A stretch of DNA of 64,000 bases, from NCBI GenBank assembly GCA_964362175.1, contig CAYIDD010000001.1:64569-128568 (forward strand). Direction: 5' to 3'. The notes under the pieces are model-generated. The model saw nothing but the letters and a program-made list of their open reading frames with translations, was not told the DNA's origin and searched no databases. Of this stretch, positions 61,053 to 64,000 are shown piece after piece. The position numbers and the translations under genes are program-made. How positions within the stretch are numbered: position 1 is the stretch's first letter; each line of letters begins with the position of its first letter. The stretch comes from an uncultured Candidatus Saccharibacteria bacterium. GTDB taxonomy: Bacteria; Patescibacteriota; Minisyncoccia; Phycocordibacterales; UBA2100.

Positions 61053-61739
61053 TTATTTCTTCCTCTCAAATGAAACCTCTTGCGGCCCTGCCGCATATGC
61101 GGCGACTTGGTATGGCTGAAAAATGAAGGTTACTTTGTCGGCAGAGATCAGGAACGAACTGAAATTCTCGGGATTGGAATTCGCTCCCTCCGAAAAAAAC
61201 GTTTCACCAAGTTTCTGTTTCAGTTGCGCTGTCGCCGCTACCGATACTTGCTGCGCGGTCATGCCGATCATTTTGAATGCATCACTTTGCAGAAGCCGTT
61301 TGCCGGTCGCCCTGTCGAAATTCAACCCGCTGAACAAAGAATTCGGGTGCGCGCCGCCGGTGTATTCTGAAATGACGAGTTTGAAAGACACGATGTCAGA
61401 ACCGATGTACGGGGATTCATAGCGCACCGTGAGCTCGTTTTGCGGCGACGCCATATCGGGAGGATTTGCGGGAAGTGCCTTGAATTCTGCGGTGGTCCCG
61501 TTCACGATCTCTTCTATCTTTGCATCGATAGCCGGAGTATTGAATTTCGGATACTGCACATCGATCACGTACGTTGTTGTCTCTTCGTTCATCGTCCCCA
61601 TGGTGACCTGCACCTGCGGGGTTGTGGTAGCAGTAGGGACATTTTGCGCTTGCAGCTCCGTTTGCGCACGAGTTGCAAACACATAGCCTCCCCCGAAAGC
61701 AAGCGCCGCAACGATCACGTATCCGAAAAAGTGCCCCAT
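61053..61739 (-). CDS. DUF3298/RsiV-like protein
   Basis: YP, YTGGAH, NFD..TG, F..YQVA.YA.G. Confidence 0.85.
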   Translation of the reverse strand: MGHFFGYVIVAALAFGGGYVFATRAQTELQAQNVPTATTTPQVQVTMGTMNEETTTYVIDVQYPKFNTPAIDAKIEEIVNGTTAEFKALPANPPDMASPQNELTVRYESPYIGSDIVSFKLVISEYTGGAHPNSLFSGLNFDRATGKRLLQSDAFKMIGMTAQQVSVAATAQLKQKLGETFFSEGANSNPENFSSFLISADKVTFIFQPYQVAAYAAGPQEVSFERKK

Positions 61740-61768
61740 GCGCCAAGTATACGCTCCTGCACCCAAAG

Positions 61769-61807
61769 ACAAAAGCCGCCCCGAGCGAGATCGGGGGCGG
61801 CTTTTGT
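61769..61807 (-). terminator. Intrinsic terminator
   Basis: acaaaagccgcc...ggcggcttttgt. Confidence 0.75.
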
Positions 61808-61824
61808 TTGTGAGACAAAGGATC

Positions 61825-62361
61825 TTACATCTCCATCCCTATCGTGACCGAAACTGAGCCGTTCCCGGCATCCGTGACATAGATGCCGATCGTGCGTGTG
61901 TCTTTCTTCGCCGAAAGTACCATGGCACCCGCGGCATTCGCCTCCCCCTCGATCACCCACGCATTTTTAGTGAGTCCGCTCTTGTAGTATTCGATGACAC
62001 TCTGCGCAGACGCATTCACCACGTACACCATCGTCGCACCTGCTGCTCCCGTTTGCGGATTTGAGGTGCCGGAGTATTGGATCGTCGCTCCCGAATAATT
62101 TGTCGGTGCGTCCGATGGCCAATTTGAAGGCATCGATGCCCCACCGCCCACGGTGACCGTGCCTTCGGCGTTGCTGTAAGTTACCGCACCATTTCCGGCC
62201 GGATTCACGTTGACGCCTGCCGCGCGCATTCCCATAAAGCCCGCGCCTCGGCTTAGGTATCCCCCGACGAGAACGACAGCTACGATAGCGCCGATAATGT
62301 ACCACATCTTATTTCCCGAGCCTGATGTGGAAGGCGTACTTGTGTTTCCTTCTGGTGGCAT
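61825..62361 (-). CDS. Membrane-anchored hypothetical protein
   Basis: TM segment, P.NWPSD.P, V..YY...L..N.W. Confidence 0.75.
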   Translation of the reverse strand: MPPEGNTSTPSTSGSGNKMWYIIGAIVAVVLVGGYLSRGAGFMGMRAAGVNVNPAGNGAVTYSNAEGTVTVGGGASMPSNWPSDAPTNYSGATIQYSGTSNPQTGAAGATMVYVVNASAQSVIEYYKSGLTKNAWVIEGEANAAGAMVLSAKKDTRTIGIYVTDAGNGSVSVTIGMEM

Positions 62362-62571
62362 ACTAAATTTCATTATGTTGCTAAGTCCTCGCAGTTTCGC
62401 ACCGTCCCCGCAGGTGTGCAAGGACACCAATGTCCGGAAATTTCGAGCGCACACTTTACCTATGAACACACGTCCGACAGCGATAAAGACGACAGGGTGT
62501 GCGAAAGTCTGATCTAAAAGCGTCCACAGGACCTTCGAAAACCGGACACTTTCCCCTGTATACTTGGCAAC

Positions 62572-63879
62572 ATGCATGTAGCGGTCCGCTCCGGAGCAGA
62601 ATTTCCCTTTTTCGTGCTAACGATTACGTTTGCCATCTTTTTGGCACTCGTACCCACCCCTGTTTCCGCATTTGTGTGTCCTGACGGTTCGGAAAGTCAC
62701 GCCGCAGCGGCCGACGAGGTCCCTGGGGTCCCGGCAGGAACCCAAACGTGCGCACAGGGTACAAATGTTTTAAACGGCGGATGCGAGTCGAATCCATACC
62801 CGTACCTTGAGCAGCGTCATGTCGGCGACCGTTCAAACAGTTTTGTTACCCCAGTCGCTGGAACGCAATACGGCACAGACTTGAAAAGGGGGATAAACCC
62901 CTCACTTGCATGCAGATTAAAAAAATTCATGGAGTTCGCTGAAACAAAAGGATGTCCCGTTAAGATCAGCAGCGCGATGCGACCGCTACAAAAATGTAAC
63001 CCGAACGGTGGTGCATGCGCTCCGCAGGGCGCATCGTGTCACCAGTACGGTCTCGCGGTTGACGTCCAGGCCAGCACGCAATGTTTGGCATGGATATTGG
63101 AAGTGCTCGGCAGAAAGAACCCGAACTCTCCTTTCGGTCTGCATTCAGCCTACTCAGAACATGAGGGATATCGCCATCTGCAATGCGTGGAGAATATCCA
63201 GGCCTCATGCAGTCCCCAAACTAAGGGCTGCGATGGTAAGGTGAATATAAATCCCGATCTTTCAACCATTCCAAGCCCCCAAGGATCTCCTTCCTCCTCG
63301 CTTTCCGACGCCATTCGGCGGGCACTCGGCATGCAGCAACAGCCACCGCTTCCTCCTCAGCCACCGCTCCCCCCTCAACCGCAATTGCCGCCGCAACCTG
63401 CGCTCCCCGCGCAACCCGCGGTATCTTCTGAAAGTCCGCAAGTCACACCTGTATCAAGCGGCATCAACACAAATCCGGTCGCAATAACACGCCCGACGCA
63501 AACGACCTCCACTTCGACCAAAAAGGCCACCTCCACCTACGAGCTCATTGATGCATTTGCAAATCCAGTGAGTGATTCGATAGATATCGGCTCTGTCGTA
63601 TCGATTGCTCTCAACGATGCGCTCAGTTCCACAACACAACTCAAAGGTACAGTGCCGATGGTACGGATCGCGTCCGGAACAGTTGCAATCCAAGGATATA
63701 TACCGCAGCAGACCTTCACCTCCGGCGACCTTGCCAACAATCCGGTGTGGGGTGTGGTGCCGCCACAAAACGGGACACTTGCGCGACTTCTCATCACGCT
63801 TAGAGATACGCTCCTCTACGCGCTGAACTACCTGAGACCGTTCGGGGGGAACGTGCCAAGACAGGTATATCTGGAATAA
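62572..63879 (+). CDS. Secreted M15-family (D-Ala-D-Ala peptidase-like) Zn peptidase with a Pro/Gln linker
   Basis: ISS..R, SCHQYGLAVD (SxHxxGxAxD), H.Q; Cys-rich. Confidence 0.7.
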   Translation: MHVAVRSGAEFPFFVLTITFAIFLALVPTPVSAFVCPDGSESHAAAADEVPGVPAGTQTCAQGTNVLNGGCESNPYPYLEQRHVGDRSNSFVTPVAGTQYGTDLKRGINPSLACRLKKFMEFAETKGCPVKISSAMRPLQKCNPNGGACAPQGASCHQYGLAVDVQASTQCLAWILEVLGRKNPNSPFGLHSAYSEHEGYRHLQCVENIQASCSPQTKGCDGKVNINPDLSTIPSPQGSPSSSLSDAIRRALGMQQQPPLPPQPPLPPQPQLPPQPALPAQPAVSSESPQVTPVSSGINTNPVAITRPTQTTSTSTKKATSTYELIDAFANPVSDSIDIGSVVSIALNDALSSTTQLKGTVPMVRIASGTVAIQGYIPQQTFTSGDLANNPVWGVVPPQNGTLARLLITLRDTLLYALNYLRPFGGNVPRQVYLE

Positions 63880-63911
63880 CAATGTGTCTCGTGGTATAGT
63901 CCCCTCAACAA

Positions 63912-64000
63912 ATGGGGTTCACGAAATACACATCACAGGCGGAAAAAGAGCGCGCACGGATGAACGAAGGTATCCGCGCGCCAGAAGTGCGTGTCATCGG
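63912..64000 (+). CDS. infC: Translation initiation factor IF-3, 5' part
   Basis: MGFTKYTSQAEKERARMNEGIRAPEVRVIG matches the IF3 N-terminal R.NE.I.A.EVR.I. Confidence 0.85.
   Translation, partial: MGFTKYTSQAEKERARMNEGIRAPEVRVI

Noticed and set aside
63340-63420. Repeated QPPLPP units
   Set aside because: Coding Pro/Gln linker only.

Overview
Chromosomal window from a reduced-genome bacterium, most likely Patescibacteria/CPR (Parcubacteria-like). This is an inference from gene content: a type IV pilus locus with no PilQ, a shortened RF2, many PG-binding surface proteins and widespread leaderless genes. Most genes are on the minus strand. Housekeeping genes: typA, DEAD helicase, guaB, pyrG, ftsEX, prfB, gatAC, ligA, recG, malic enzyme, pyrC-like, ftsH, smpB, ssrA and the start of infC. 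There is also a type IV pilus/competence cluster (pilM-N-O, pilB, receiver protein, pilT, pilC, major pilin, pilD, four minor pilins, comF), eight tRNAs including the rare tRNA-Ile(UAU), and five PG-binding-domain surface proteins. The most unusual signals are non-coding or very small: (1) hairpin elements downstream of tRNAs that join an antisense copy of that tRNA's own T-arm to a shared core, one next to an integrase relic and a cargo gene, which may be a tRNA-anchored cassette system; (2) a 36-aa ORF with a strong SD enclosed by 19-bp inverted repeats between smpB and ssrA; (3) palindromic elements inserted in-frame at prepilin cleavage sites; (4) an internally deleted MsrB and a SIR2/XRE relic. 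All calls come from reading motifs by eye; no searches or folding programs were run.
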